Assembly (NCBI RefSeq): GCF_006345805.1
Contig: NC_042999.1
Coordinates: 44,330,001 to 44,394,000, forward strand
Length of the DNA stretch: 64,000 bases
From: Octopus sinensis
Lineage: Eukaryota
Reading direction: 5' to 3'
In this document: piece after piece, positions 50,339 to 62,695 of the stretch
Layout of the letters: each line of letters starts with the position of its first letter
Position numbering within the stretch: position 1 is the stretch's first letter
The notes under the pieces: generated by a model
Databases searched by the model: none
Told to the model about the DNA's origin: nothing
The model's input: the letters and a program-made list of their open reading frames with translations, nothing else
Translations under genes and position numbers: made by a program

Positions 50339-50764
50339 ATATATATATATATATATATACACACATGACAGGCTTCCACACAGTTTCATCTGTCTTTACA
50401 TTCTGATTTCTAATTCTATCGAGGTCAACTTTGCCTTTCATCCTTTCAGGTTCAATAAAATAAATACCAGTTAAACACTGGGGGGTTATGTGATCGATTT
50501 ACCCCTTCCCCCAGAATTGCTGGTCTTGTGCTAACATTTGAAATCATTAATTATATAAAACATTATATAAAACAGCCACTCCTGCACCTATATATATATA
50601 TAAAACATTTATAATTAATCATATTATAATTATACCCATGCTAGCATGGAAAGCGGACATTAAACGATGATGATGATGATATTATGATTATGATTATATA
50701 AAATGTTTATAATTAATTAAATTAATATTTTATATATTAACTATATAAAGCATTTAGATCTTAC

Positions 50765-50879
50765 TCTGTTTAGATTTTTAGAGTCCAAGATATTGGGGTA
50801 AATATCCAAAAGTAGTCGCGCAGTTTGTGTATATCCATTCTTTGCTGCTAAATGAAGGGGCGTGTTACCATCATTGTCT
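50765..50879 (-). CDS. TRPA1: TRPA1-like exon (ankyrin)
   Basis: cttAG|(K)DNDGNTPLHLAAKNGYTQTARLLLDIYPNILDSKNLNR|GTaaga. Confidence 0.95.
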
Positions 50880-52119
50880 CTAAGATAAATAAAGGAAAGA
50901 AAAAATAGAAAGAAAGTAGAACAAGAGGAGACAGGTGGGGGTAGAGAGACACTGAAGAGGTCACAGTATGTGTGAGGAAAAGACTTTGAGAAATAAACTA
51001 AGAGTAATTATAATAAAGCTAAAGAAAAGATCAAATAAATAGAGTGTGTTTAATTGACAAAAGATGACCACCCCCAAGTATAATAATAATGAAAGAAATA
51101 TTCTAATTTAATTTCTTCTCTCATCAGAAAAACTAAATATACATGCATGTGTACAACTATCCATACATGACCACCACTACCACCACCACCACCACCATCA
51201 TCATCATCAGTTTAATGTTCTCTTTCCCGTGCTTGCACAGGCTGGATAGAGTTTGTTGAAGCAAACATGCTACAGCTGTATGCTCTTCCTGTTCCTAACT
51301 CTCACCTATTTTCAGGTAAAGAAATGTTACCATTTGGCCAGGTAAATTCATGCAGAATATTGGAAATAAATAACACTGCTTGTATGACAGTGGCAATCAT
51401 TTTCTAATTATCATGCAATGTCAAGCCAAGGAAACACAAATATACACAAACTTTCATGACACACATACACACACACACACACATACACACTCTTTCATGC
51501 ATATATATACATATATGTGTATGTATATATGCGTATGTGCGTATGTATGTATGTTTCCTTTCCTGAGCATCCAATAACACTATACTTGTTCCACGTCCTT
51601 GCACTTGTGTTTTCTCTTTGTGTTTTCATGTTTGGATTAACTATGTATGTATGTATGTAAACACACACACAAGCATATACAGGCTTCTTCCAGTTTCCAT
51701 CTACCAAATCCACTCACAAGGCTTTGGTTGACCTGAGGCTACAGTAGAAGACACTTGCCCAAGGTGTCACACAGTGGGATTGAACCCAGAATTATGTGGT
51801 TGGCAAACAAACACCTCACCATACAGCCATGCCTGTACCTATTGACATATATTCTGAGGAGTTTCAAATCAGTTTCAACAATGAATGTTTCTATGTGTGT
51901 TAAGTTACTGGAACAATTTACTTATTGAATTATAGTATAAGTGGCTGAATACTCCACAGACATTTGTACTTTTAAAGTCCTTCACAGGCTGACTCAATTT
52001 TACACACTGTGTGACAAAGCTAGCCTTTAAAGTACAACCAATTACAGTTACAGACAAAGCAATTTATTCAACATAGACTGGAGTCAAATGAATGTACTTA
52101 TTTTAGGTATATAAAATAA

Positions 52120-52880
52120 GCATAGGCATGTGGTTAAAAAGCTTGCTTCTTAAGAAAATATTGTTGGGTTAAGTCCCACTGCATAGCGTCTTGGGCTGGT
52201 GTCTTTTGCTATAGCCCCAAGCTGATCAAAGCCTTGTGAGTGGATTTTGGTTGGTAGAAACTGAAATAAGGCAGCAAGCTGGCAGGAGCGTTAGCATGTC
52301 GGACGAAATGCTTAGCGGTATTTCGTCTGCCATTATGTTCTGAGTTCAAATTACACTGAGGTTGACTTTGCCTTTCATCCTTTCGGGGTCGATAAATTAA
52401 GTACCAGTTACGCACTGGGGTCGATGTAATTGACTTAATCCCTTTGTCTGTCCTTGTTTGTCCCTTCTATGTTTAGCCCTTGTGGGCAATAAACAAATAA
52501 GAAACCGAAAGAAGCTCATTGTGTGTGCATGAGTGTGTGTGTACTTGTGTTCTTGTCTTGGCATCACTTGATAACAGTAAATGAGTGTCACTGTCATACA
52601 AGCAGTGCTGTTCATTTCCAATATTTGGCAGGTCGACTTTGCCTTCCATCCTTTCAGTTGTGTACTGAGGTTGAGCTAATCGACTGACCCCCTCCCCCCA
52701 AATTTCAGGCCTTGTGTCTAGAGTAGAAAAGAATATTCTGCAAAAGCATATCTGGCCATAGGGAAATATTATCTTGCTTAGGAAACAGGTGAGGATTGGT
52801 GACAGGAAGGGCACACAGCCATAGAAAACCTGCCTCAATAAGCTCTGTCCAAACTTTGTCGAAGTATGGAAATGACAATA
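52120..52880 (+). mobile_element. SINE A-headed element interrupted by nested SINE B (52268-52499)
   Basis: agaaactgaaa / agaaaccgaaa at 52256-52266 and 52500-52510. Confidence 0.75.
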
Positions 52881-52942
52881 TTAAAATGATGGTGGTAACC
52901 TTATGCAAGATATAGAAATAATTAAAAAAAATATAAGGATAA

Positions 52943-53334
52943 TCTCTATCTATATAAAGCTGAAGTTGTCTGTACATGGCTGGTTTGGTAGCCTTCAATT
53001 AATACTATCTCCTCCAAGACCCTGCAGTGCAAGTTGACCAAAATTGAGAGTATGATAGAAGAAGGCTTGCTCTTCCTTCCGTAGAAGAAAAAGTTCAAAT
53101 TGGACCATGTTAGCACCAAAAATTATTTACATCAAAAAGGTGCTTTTTTTCTATGAAAATCCCTATTTTTTACTATTTTTTGACTGCTGTGTCGCCATTT
53201 TTCGGTGTATTTCAACCAGAAAAATGTTCACTTAAAGAGAATAACAAGTTACGTAATGCAAAATTTTTACTTTTCAAAAATTCCAATTCTAAAGGGTCAA
53301 AACAAATCCGAGCAACGCCGGGCGATACTGCTAG
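52943..53334 (+). mobile_element. Non-autonomous Helitron
   Basis: 5' a|TC..tatataaa, 3' ccgagcaacgccggg hairpin plus gCTAG|t, inserted between A and T without TSD. Confidence 0.8.
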
Positions 53335-53362
53335 TATATATTAAAGAAAGATCAATACTTAC

Positions 53363-53527
53363 TTATATATTACTGCACCCTTCCTTAGCAAAAGTGATAC
53401 CAGCTTGGTATGACCATTCTGAGAAGCCAGATGAAGAGCAGTCTGATTCAGGTTATCCATCTCATTTAACATTGTAGATCCATCTTTACCCGTGAGGAGC
53501 CGCACACATGTGTTAAAGCGACCATAT
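53363..53527 (-). CDS. TRPA1: TRPA1-like exon (ankyrin)
   Basis: gaAG|(R)YGRFNTCVRLLTGKDGSTMLNEMDNLNQTALHLASQNGHTKLVSLLLRKGAVIY|GTaagt; YGR.NTC.RLL is TRPA1-typical. Confidence 0.95.
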
Positions 53528-53729
53528 CTTCGATAGAAAACAAAGAAAGCTTATTTATAAGAAGCAGTTCGACATTTTGAAGTTGATATATACATACATA
53601 ATTACATGTAGGTATATACATACAGACACACACATGGAAAAGTGGATGTTAAATGATGATGATGATGAGAAACATAAGATTAAAGAAATTAGACACATTT
53701 AGAACTGATGTGAAAATAAATATTTAGAC

Positions 53730-54072
53730 TGACCGTTGCCAGTTCCGCCCCGACGGGCCTCCGCGCCAGTGGCACATAAAAAGCACCATCTGATCATGGC
53801 CGTTGCCAGCCTCGCCTGGCCCCTGTGCCAGTGGTATGTAAAAAAGCACCATTTGACCATGGCCATTTGCCAGCCCCATCTGGCACCTGTGCCGATGGCA
53901 CGTAAAAAGCACCCAATACACTCACGGAATGGTTGGCATTAGGAAGGGCATCCAGCTGTAGAAACATTGCCAGATCAGACTGGGCTTGGTGCAGCCTTCT
54001 GGCTTCCCAGACCCTAGTTGAACCGTCCAACCCATGCTAGCATGGAAAGCGGACGCTATATGATGATGATGA
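53730..54072 (+). mobile_element. RTE LINE 3'UTR
   Basis: Same family tail. Confidence 0.82.
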
Positions 54073-54124
54073 TTAAATGTTGATGATATTTCCTAAGTAT
54101 TTGTTTAATATAACCAAAACATAC

Positions 54125-54288
54125 CTGGATGCAAGGTGAAATGGTGACTGTTCATTATTGTTTTTCAAATTAACAATAGCCCCTAGTTTCATTAAGTCAT
54201 CAATAGCAGTTAAATGACCCATTTTAGCAGCATAATGCAGAGGTGTCCAACCACTTATGTCTCTTTCATTTAGTAGATCTTTACTGTG
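54125..54288 (-). CDS. TRPA1: TRPA1-like exon (ankyrin)
   Basis: tttcAG|HSKDLLNERDISGWTPLHYAAKMGHLTAIDDLMKLGAIVNLKNNNEQSPFHLAS|GTatgt. Confidence 0.95.
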
Positions 54289-54964
54289 CTGAAAAAGGGA
54301 GAAAATATTCTTTGAAGATTCTAAACAAGGAAATTAAAAAATTTCTAACTGTATGTTCTCTGAATCAAATCATCAAATTACTAAATATAGCAAATTATGC
54401 ATGCATGCATGCATCCATGCATCCATCCATACATACATACATACATACATACATACATACATACATACATACAAACAAACAAACAAACAAACAAACAAGC
54501 AAATAAACAAAAATACCCTGTTGTTGATGTTGAAATTCCAACTTGGATCTAGTTTAGAAACCAGCTCTTTTTCTGTTGGCAAGAAATCTTGAAGTAAAAC
54601 TGAACAATGACACACATACATATATACACACACACACACTCACACACACAAACACATATAACAACAACAACAATCCCTTCTATTATAGGCACAAGGCCTG
54701 AGAATTGGTGGAAAGGGAGAGTTGATTACATTGACCCTAGTGCTCAACTGATACATTTTTATTGACTCTGAAAGGGTGAAAGGTAAAGTAGACATCAGCA
54801 GTATTTGAGCTCAGAATATAAGACAGAAAAATGTTGCTGCTGCTAAAAACAGCAGCAGCAACAGTAACAACAACAACAACAACATATACACACACATACG
54901 TACATACATACACACATACATACATACATATGCATGCACATACATACATTGTTGTTGTTGTTTG

Positions 54965-55201
54965 TTCCTTCGTGAACCACGCCTGGCTCATAAGGACCAG
55001 TTTCCCTGTAAGATGCAGGAGGAAAGAGTGAGAGAAAGTTGTGGCGAAAGAGTCAGCAGAAGTTTGCCATTACCTTCTGCTGAAGCCGCATGGAGCTTAG
55101 GTGTTTCACTCATAAACACAAACATCGCCCAGTCTGAGATTCGAACCCGCGATCCCTCAACCGCGAGTCCGCTGCTCTAACCACTAGGCCATGTGCCTCC
55201 A
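54965..55201 (-). mobile_element. SINE family C head
   Basis: ggaggcacatggcctagtggttagagcagcggactcgcgg...ggttcgaatc, as at 26948. Confidence 0.78.
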
Positions 55202-55499
55202 CACATACATACATACACATATATATATATAATAATGCCAAACCAAATATTGATGTTTTGAATGCATTTAAAATATCAGTATTTGGTTTGACTTTATTAT
55301 TATATGCTATACAACTCCAACTCATTACAAGATAGTGATACTGTAAAAGATTTGGAATGGTTCGTTTCACTGTGCCCAAGTTGAGAATTTCTGCTAAAGT
55401 GCATTACATCTGCAGACACACACACACACACACATGCACACACACACACACACACACATGCATATTGAGAAGATACTTTAGTGATAATCTGGATAACTC

Positions 55500-55895
55500 T
55501 TTTTTTACTCTCTTTTTACTTGTTTCAGTCATGCTGGAGCACCACCTTTAATCGAGCAACTCGACCCCGGGACTTATTCTTTTGTAAGCCCAGTACTTAT
55601 TCTATTGGTCTCTTTCGCCGAACCGCTAAGTAACAGGGACATAAACACACCAGCATCGGTTGTCAAGCAATGCTAGGGGTACAAACACAGACACACAAAC
55701 ACACACATGCATATATATATATACATATATACGACAGGCTTCTTTCAGTTTCCATCTACCAAATCCACTCACAAGGCTTTGGTCGGCCCGAGGCTATAGT
55801 AGAAGACACTTGCCCAAGGTGTCACGCAGTGGGACTTAACCTGAAACCATGTGGTTGGTAAACAAGCTACTTACCACACAGCCACTCCTGCGCCT
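55500..55895 (-). mobile_element. SINE family A
   Basis: Full-length copy. Confidence 0.85.
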
Positions 55896-56617
55896 AGGGT
55901 TTTCAGAAAAACAAATCAACTGACTAACTTACACATTACAAATACAATCTATAAATGAAACAGTAAAATTATGCAAAACTTCTCTTAAGTTTAAAATGTG
56001 ACACTGTTTTTCCAATGATAGAGCTTCGTGTCTTTGGTAGAAACCAATTCCTTCTTCAGAGGAAGAATTTAAATAATTAAAAACAGAAGTGTTCACACAC
56101 ACACACACACACACACACATATGAATGGTGTTGATTAATCTCTTATTTTCTGAGATATATTAATTTACAATTTTCATATCTACTGATTTTCAATATTGTA
56201 CATCTTCTTAATAACTCTGGCATCACTACTTCAGAGAATACAGTAAAGTCTCTGACTTGCTAAGGAGGTTTAACTAGACTGAAACATGTTTGGAGTTGTC
56301 TGTTTTACCTGCTAGAATAATTAAAATAATATTACTGTTTAATGACTAATATACTTTTTTCATCACATAATTATTTCAAATTAGCATTTTAATGCTACTG
56401 AACTAAATATAGTGCTAACAACTCAACCATTATTTTCATGCAAATGGCATTCCTGAGTAATTTCTCACAAAATTCATCATTATAATAAGTTTCATTTAAC
56501 AGGCTATGACTCTTCTCAATTAAGAAATCAATTAATCCACTAAGTTAAGAGCCATTAACTCCATTCACAGACCATATTTTATCTATACTATTTGAAGAGA
56601 AACAGAAGTATTCATAC

Positions 56618-56818
56618 TTTCCTCAAAGAATTCCAAAACAAATTTAAATGGGATCCATTTTCAATTGCCAGGTGAAGGAAATTCCGATAGCTTTCATCTT
56701 TCACTAATAAATTTGCACCTCTTTTAATTAAAACCTGAACCATTTCCCAGTGTCCTTTACTTGCAGCTAAAAGTAAAGGAGTTCGGCCACGAGAATCCAG
56801 TGCATTAATGTCAGCACC
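56618..56818 (-). CDS. TRPA1: TRPA1-like exon (ankyrin)
   Basis: ttgaAG|GADINALDSRGRTPLLLAASKGHWEMVQVLIKRGANLLVKDESYRNFLHLAI...LRK|GTatga. Confidence 0.95.
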
Positions 56819-57759
56819 CTTCAAAAGAAAGAAAGAAAAAAAATGTTATATATTTATCAATATAATAGACTGGATTATGATAGAGTCATTCTGGCATTTT
56901 TAAATACATGTATTATTATATACCCACCCTTTTTTTTTGTCCTAGCATCATATAATATTAAGTATGAAAGCCTTTCATTGTACATTTAATAAATAGTTGT
57001 TGATATTCCATTCCACTGTTTCATGCCACATCGCTGTTTTTCAGTGGAATATCAGTAACTAGATCATAATTAATGTTATGTACAACTGGAAAAAAATATA
57101 TATAACAACAAATAAATGTAACAATCATCATCATCATCATCAGCAGCAGCAGCATTATCAAAGTCATCATTGTCATCATTCAATGTCTGTGTTTTCCATG
57201 CTGGCTTGGGTTGCATGGTTTAACCTTTTCAATACCAAGCCTGCTGAAACTGCTTCTGACTCTGTAGTACAAATGTCTTGTTTTCATAAGTTTTGAATTA
57301 AAATCTTCCACCAAACCTTAGTCACAATATATGTTCCTAATACACTAGCTTAATGATAACCAAGACATTTTACTAAATTCTTTGTTATATTTAAAGTAAT
57401 TGAAAGAAACACAGAGCACCTCAAAATAAATATGGTAACAAAAGGATTAACAGAATCCAGCAATTTGCAGGACGGCATTGAGCTCCAGTACCAGTATTGG
57501 CATGGTTTCTATGGCTGAATGCCCTTCCTAATGCCAGTGTGTGTTTTGACAGATTAGCATGAAGTAGTCATCTTAGTTTCAACATACAATCTCAAATCAA
57601 AACTCCTGTCAACATGTAGTTACAACAAAGAAACCGTTTCTATACTTATGTTTTTTTCTTATGTCATTTCAACAGTTACAGTTATTGGACCATAGCCATG
57701 CTAAGTCAATGTCTTCAAAGGTTTCTAGTCAATTATATGAACTCCAGTAGAAGCTATGG

Positions 57760-59415
57760 ACTATGTTTTGTGAAACAGGCATGCATCATGATGTGAGGAG
57801 ACAAACAAACAGAAAAACAAGTACTGGTGTCAGTCAGATGGATAATGACAGAGAAAAACAATATCAAAGATAAAAAAGTCTACAAAAATTGGATTTACAT
57901 CATGTCACACTAAGGGAAGCAGATAGATAATCAGCATAGGTACTACCTCATGAGCTTTGAACATCCTGTCAGAATAGCAAGGTATGGCTACACTCCAAGA
58001 CAATGCCTGTTCTCTAGTTAGAAATAACAACACACAAAAAGCCTGTCACTTTGGTTACTATCCACACAGAGAGGAGAACAAGTTACAGTACAATGTTGTT
58101 TACAAATTAACCTATGAAAGGGGAAATGCAAACAATGGACTGACCAAGTGATAATTGCATGTCAAAATAGCAGGACATTTACAATCATACACCTTCTAGT
58201 ATAGTAGACCACCACAACAATTATGCAAAAAAAAACAAATACATTTAAATATTCAAATAAATAAATAAGAAACCCACATATCTTTGTGAGACATCCAAAT
58301 ACTAAAAATTATTGGGTTGAATAAATATAGTTCATGGAGAAACAGAAACCAATTTTGAACTGCAGTTGAGAATCAGACATGTAGAAATAGACATTTAGTC
58401 CCTGCGAGTTGCAAAATTATGTGATTCCATGTTTCTCCTCTATTAATGAGAATACAAATCAATGTCATATGAAGACTTATATATAAATCAAAATTGCTCT
58501 CAGTATAAGCAATAGAACTTATACCAGCAGCAAAGGAGCTTCCATTCAAAAGTTACCCATCAATTTGTTTATACATTTATCTGTTTGTTTATGCATTCAT
58601 CCGGCCATACACTTACTCTTTTACTTGTTTCAGTCATTTGACTGCAGCCATGCTGGAGCACCGCCTTTAGTTGAGCAAATTGACCCCGGGACTTATTCTT
58701 TGTAAGCCCAGTACTTATTCTATCGGTCTCTTTTTTGCCGAACTGCTAAGTGACGGGGACATAAACACGCCATCATTGTTTGTCAAGCAATGCTAGGGGG
58801 ACAAATACAGACACACAAACACACACACACATATATATTTACACATATACATATATATGACAGGCTTCTTTCAGTTTCCGTCTACCAAATCCACTCACAA
58901 GGCATTGGTCGGCCCGGGGCTATAGCAGAAGACACTTGCCCAAGATGCCACGCAGTGGGACTGAACCCGGAACCATGTGGCTGGTTAGCAAGCTACTTAC
59001 CACACAGCCACTTCCCTGAGTATACAAATATAAAAAGTTGTAGTAATGTAGAAGACATGATTCCTCACAATACAAAAGATTGCTGGAAGGTTTTAGTCAA
59101 AAGCTCAATAAAATGCAAGTCTAACAGACCAGACATAATGACCTGAGATTGAGGAAAGAAGTTATCCAGAGGAAATCAGTTACCCAGCTGATGTCAGCAT
59201 AATGTTTAATGATTAGTGGAATGAGAATCCTACAGTTACTCCACCCAACTTTGAATTTATACCTGTAGTTATAGGGGTACTTGGATATATAACTAACTAC
59301 CTTGACACTAATCTTGAAATGCTAGGCTTTACAAAAGCTAAATGAACATGGCTAATCAGGAAATTACTGCTACAAACCATTAAGAGCACTGTCACAATAT
59401 GTAAAACATTCTAGG
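57760..59415 (+). mobile_element. Degenerate R4/Dong-like (REL endonuclease) LINE, split by SINE A (58612-59015, -)
   Basis: IKCKSNRPDI...SYPAD...FEFIPVVIGVLG...ICKTF remnants match REL-endonuclease C-termini. Confidence 0.55.
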
Positions 59416-59636
59416 TTAGCATTTAATAAATGTATATTCACATGTTTAAATATGCAAACATACTTGTGTACACATATGCAATGACATCTATGCTTGCATA
59501 CATGTATATATGTATAATACAATGAAAGTATATAAACAGGCAAACAACTGGTGTCAGATTAGATTATGATATTTATATATTTAAACATAATGGTTATTAC
59601 ATAAGGATGAAGAAAGTAAGGAGGTGTGCAGATAGT

Positions 59637-59738
59637 TCCTTACAGCTGTTTCAAAAATAGATGCACAGATGATGCATTTCTCAGCAAACGAACAATAGAT
59701 ATCCATATAAGCAGTGATCTATTCCATCATCAGAGAGA
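59637..59738 (-). ncRNA. Hammerhead-like motif with extended stem II
   Basis: tctct-CTGATGA-(74 nt closed by gaatagat/atctattt)-GAAA-cagctg-TA-agga; stem I weak. Confidence 0.5.
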
Positions 59739-60100
59739 GAATGAGGTAGTTTCTTAGTAGAAGGCTTTGGTCTACCATCAGTGTAGTAGATCAAAGCTTT
59801 CTATCAAGGATCCTCTCCAATGATAGAATTGATTGCTACTTAAGCTCTCTACTGAAAATACCAGTTATTTGCCTGTTTATATTACCATTTTATTATACAT
59901 GTATCTGCTCAAATGATAAACCACCTATAGCCAATCATTGTTAGGTAGCAACATCTCTGTTTTCAGTTGGAGTCTTAGGTGGCAAGTCAATTTGAGCACT
60001 AATTGTATGTACATATTACATTACATCATCAAACATAATATTACATGAATTTTACATGTATACAAGTGCTTATACATATATACAAACATACATGTTTTAA

Positions 60101-60670
60101 TATTGGGTTGACCGGAAAGTTCCTGCCAATTTTTAAAGGAAAGGAAAAGGTCAATAAATACTTGCCATTACATTTTTAATCAACCAAATATGAATCATTG
60201 TATTGCACTATGCGTCTCCATCTTTCCTTTAACTTGAAAATACCCACTTCTCAGAGTTGAGGTGGTTTCATGGCAAAGAATACATCAAGGTCTCTTTTTA
60301 CGTCATCCAAAGAATTGAAATTTTTACCATTAAGACTATTCTGCAGAGACCTGAATAAGTGGAAATCCAAAGGAGCAATATCTGGTGAATATGGAAGGTT
60401 GGGTAACACATCCCAGCTGAGCTGCAGCAATTTTTGTCTGGTTCCCAAAGCATCAAGTGCCGAAAATGAACTTTCTTATCTTCCATTTTAAAGGGTTACA
60501 GAATTAACACAGGTTATAGGAACATAAACTTTCTTCCACGAAAAGATAGCTTAAACTGTGCTCTAAATAGAGGTGTAATCAAATCCTATTTTATGGACTC
60601 AACCATGTTCTAAAATAAGTCGAAAGGTAAGCTACTATAAATCGGCACGAACTTTCCGGACAACCCAATA
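60101..60670 (-). mobile_element. Internally deleted mariner transposon
   Basis: TA plus TIRs ttgggttg(a/t)ccggaaagttc; N-terminal MEDKKVHFRHLML fused to C-terminal WDVLPNLPYSPDIAPLDFHLFRSLQN. Confidence 0.92.
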
Positions 60671-60854
60671 CATACATATGTACTTCATACATATATACAT
60701 GCATATCTGCACATATGTACTCATACATGCAAGAGCATATATGCTTTGATGAATTTATCTAAGTTCCAATGGAAGAGCCTTGTGTCTGTTTAGAAGCTGA
60801 CTCTTTTTCCATTGGTGAAGAATTCAAATTATAAAACCATTTGTAAAGACGTAC

Positions 60855-61043
60855 CCTATCAAGTAGGAAGTGCACGGCAGCAGCTTGGTTCAGTTGTGCA
60901 GCTCTATGTAGTGGTGTCATCTTATGAAGATCAGCCATGGAAATGGCAGAGGAGAACTTTTCAGGTTGGTATTTTTGCATATATTCTAGAATTTCCACTT
61001 TGCCTTGTGATGAAGCACAATGAACCGGAGTAGAGAAATCTTC
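60855..61043 (-). CDS. TRPA1: TRPA1-like exon (ankyrin); most 5' exon recognised, gene continues beyond the window
   Basis: tttcAG|EDFSTPVHCASSQGKVEILEYM...MTPLHRAAQLNQAAAVHFLLDR|GTacgt. Confidence 0.94.
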
Positions 61044-61149
61044 CTGAAATATATGATTACGATAAATAAGAACCAGCTCTTTTATCAACATCATGTTTTA
61101 TCTGTTGTTGTTGCTGTTGTCATTGTCATCATCATCATTGTCATGGTCA

Positions 61150-61370
61150 TTGTTCATTATTTACATTATTTACATAATTTACATTCAACGGATATTTGTC
61201 CTCATCTTGTTTGTTGTTAACACGTTTAATACAAAATTTCAAACCTGGGTTCAGGTTCGAAATTTCCCCAAGACACCTGAAGAAGGCTGGAGGGTATATC
61301 AGCTGAAACATTGTGTCAACAACGAACAAGATGGGGACAAATATCTGTCGAATGTAAATAATGTACATAA
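61150..61370. mobile_element. Penelope-like inverted-repeat remnant
   Basis: About 60-bp inverted repeats (61165-61223 versus 61313-61368) enclosing a hammerhead. Confidence 0.65.
61272..61317 (+). ncRNA. Minimal type I hammerhead ribozyme
   Basis: gacac-CTGAAGA-a-ggctgg-agggtata-tcagct-GAAA-ca-TT-gtgtc; 5-bp stem I, 6-bp stem II. Confidence 0.7.
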
Positions 61371-61616
61371 ATCCTCATCTCTTAAATACAGAACTGTAGG
61401 GTCATTGTTGTTCTCATCATCATTTATATCCATATTCCATACTGACATGGGTTGAACAGTTCTACAGGATCTGACTTAACCAAAGGGCTGCATTGGTTTC
61501 CAGTATTCACTTTAGCAAGGTTTTTATGGTTGCTTACCTTTCAGTTTACAGAATTAGCTGAGTACCTTTTTTTCATGGCAGATGGTCAAAAATTCAATAA
61601 AACAATCCTGAGTTCC

Positions 61617-61839
61617 TTACTCTTTTAATTGTTTCAGTCATTTGACTGCAGCCATGCTGGAGCACCACCTTTAGTCAAGCAAATCAAGCCCAGGACTTAT
61701 TCTTTTTGAGCCTAGTACTTATTATATCAGCCTCTTTTGCTGAACTGCTAGGTTATGGGGCTGTAAACACACCAGCATTGGTTGACAAGTGATGTTGGAG
61801 GGACAAACACAGACACACAAACATACACACACACATACA

Positions 61840-61883
<44 letters not shown>

Positions 61884-62045
61884 TACAACGGGCTTCTTTC
61901 AGTTTCCGTCTACCAAATCCACTCACAAGGCTTTGGTCGGCCTGAGGATATAGTAGAAGACACTTGCCCAAGATGCCTTGCAGTGGGAATGAACCCAGAA
62001 CCATGTGGTTGGTAAGCAAGCTACTTACCACACAGCCACTCCTGT
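61617..62045 (-). mobile_element. SINE family A
   Basis: Full-length copy. Confidence 0.85.
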
Positions 62046-62325
62046 ACCAGTTTCTCTATTTTTATTGCATATCACACTCTTCTAATTGACAATTTACCTT
62101 AATAAAGAGTTACATCAGTTTTCATGATAGCGTGGTGGCAAAATTGTTAGAGTATCAGAATAAATACATTTTGGTATTTCTTCTAACTCATTATGGTCTG
62201 AGTTCAAATTTTACCAAGGTCAAGAAAATAAATATTGGTCCAGTACTGGGATTGATGTAATCAACTTGCCTGCTTCCTTCACAATTGCTGGCCTTGTACC
62301 AAAATTAGAAAGAATTATTATTATT

Positions 62326-62695
62326 ATTACCTCCATCTTAGAGGAGGCAGAAATATTGTTTTCAGTCACGTTTGTTTGTTTGTTTGTCTGTGGACAAGAT
62401 ATCTCAAGAACTGCTGGATGGATTCAGATAAAACTTTCAGGGATGCTTGGCCTCATGACTGGCACAAGCTGATAGATTCTGAGATCGATCTGGCACCGAT
62501 AAAGGATTCTGGATTATTTTTCTGGTTCTTTTACTTAATTTTTGAGAGCGGTTGGGTTCATTTTTAGTATTCTCGTTTGTGAGAGCAGTCAAGTTTATTT
62601 CAGATATTCTCATTTTAAAAATCATCTCTGGCTAATTGTTGAGAGGACATTAGTGTTGATTTGGTGGAGGTTTGTACTCGCTGAGTGCTCTTGTT
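62326..62695 (+). mobile_element. DINE-1/HINE-like non-autonomous Helentron
   Basis: attACCTCCA 5' and TGGAGGT subterminal inverted repeats, (GTTT)n near the 5' end, 3' stem-loop actc-gct-gagt. Confidence 0.65.

Noticed and set aside
55990-56070. CTGAAGA motif on the minus strand
   Set aside because: Second core reads GAAG and the stems do not close convincingly.
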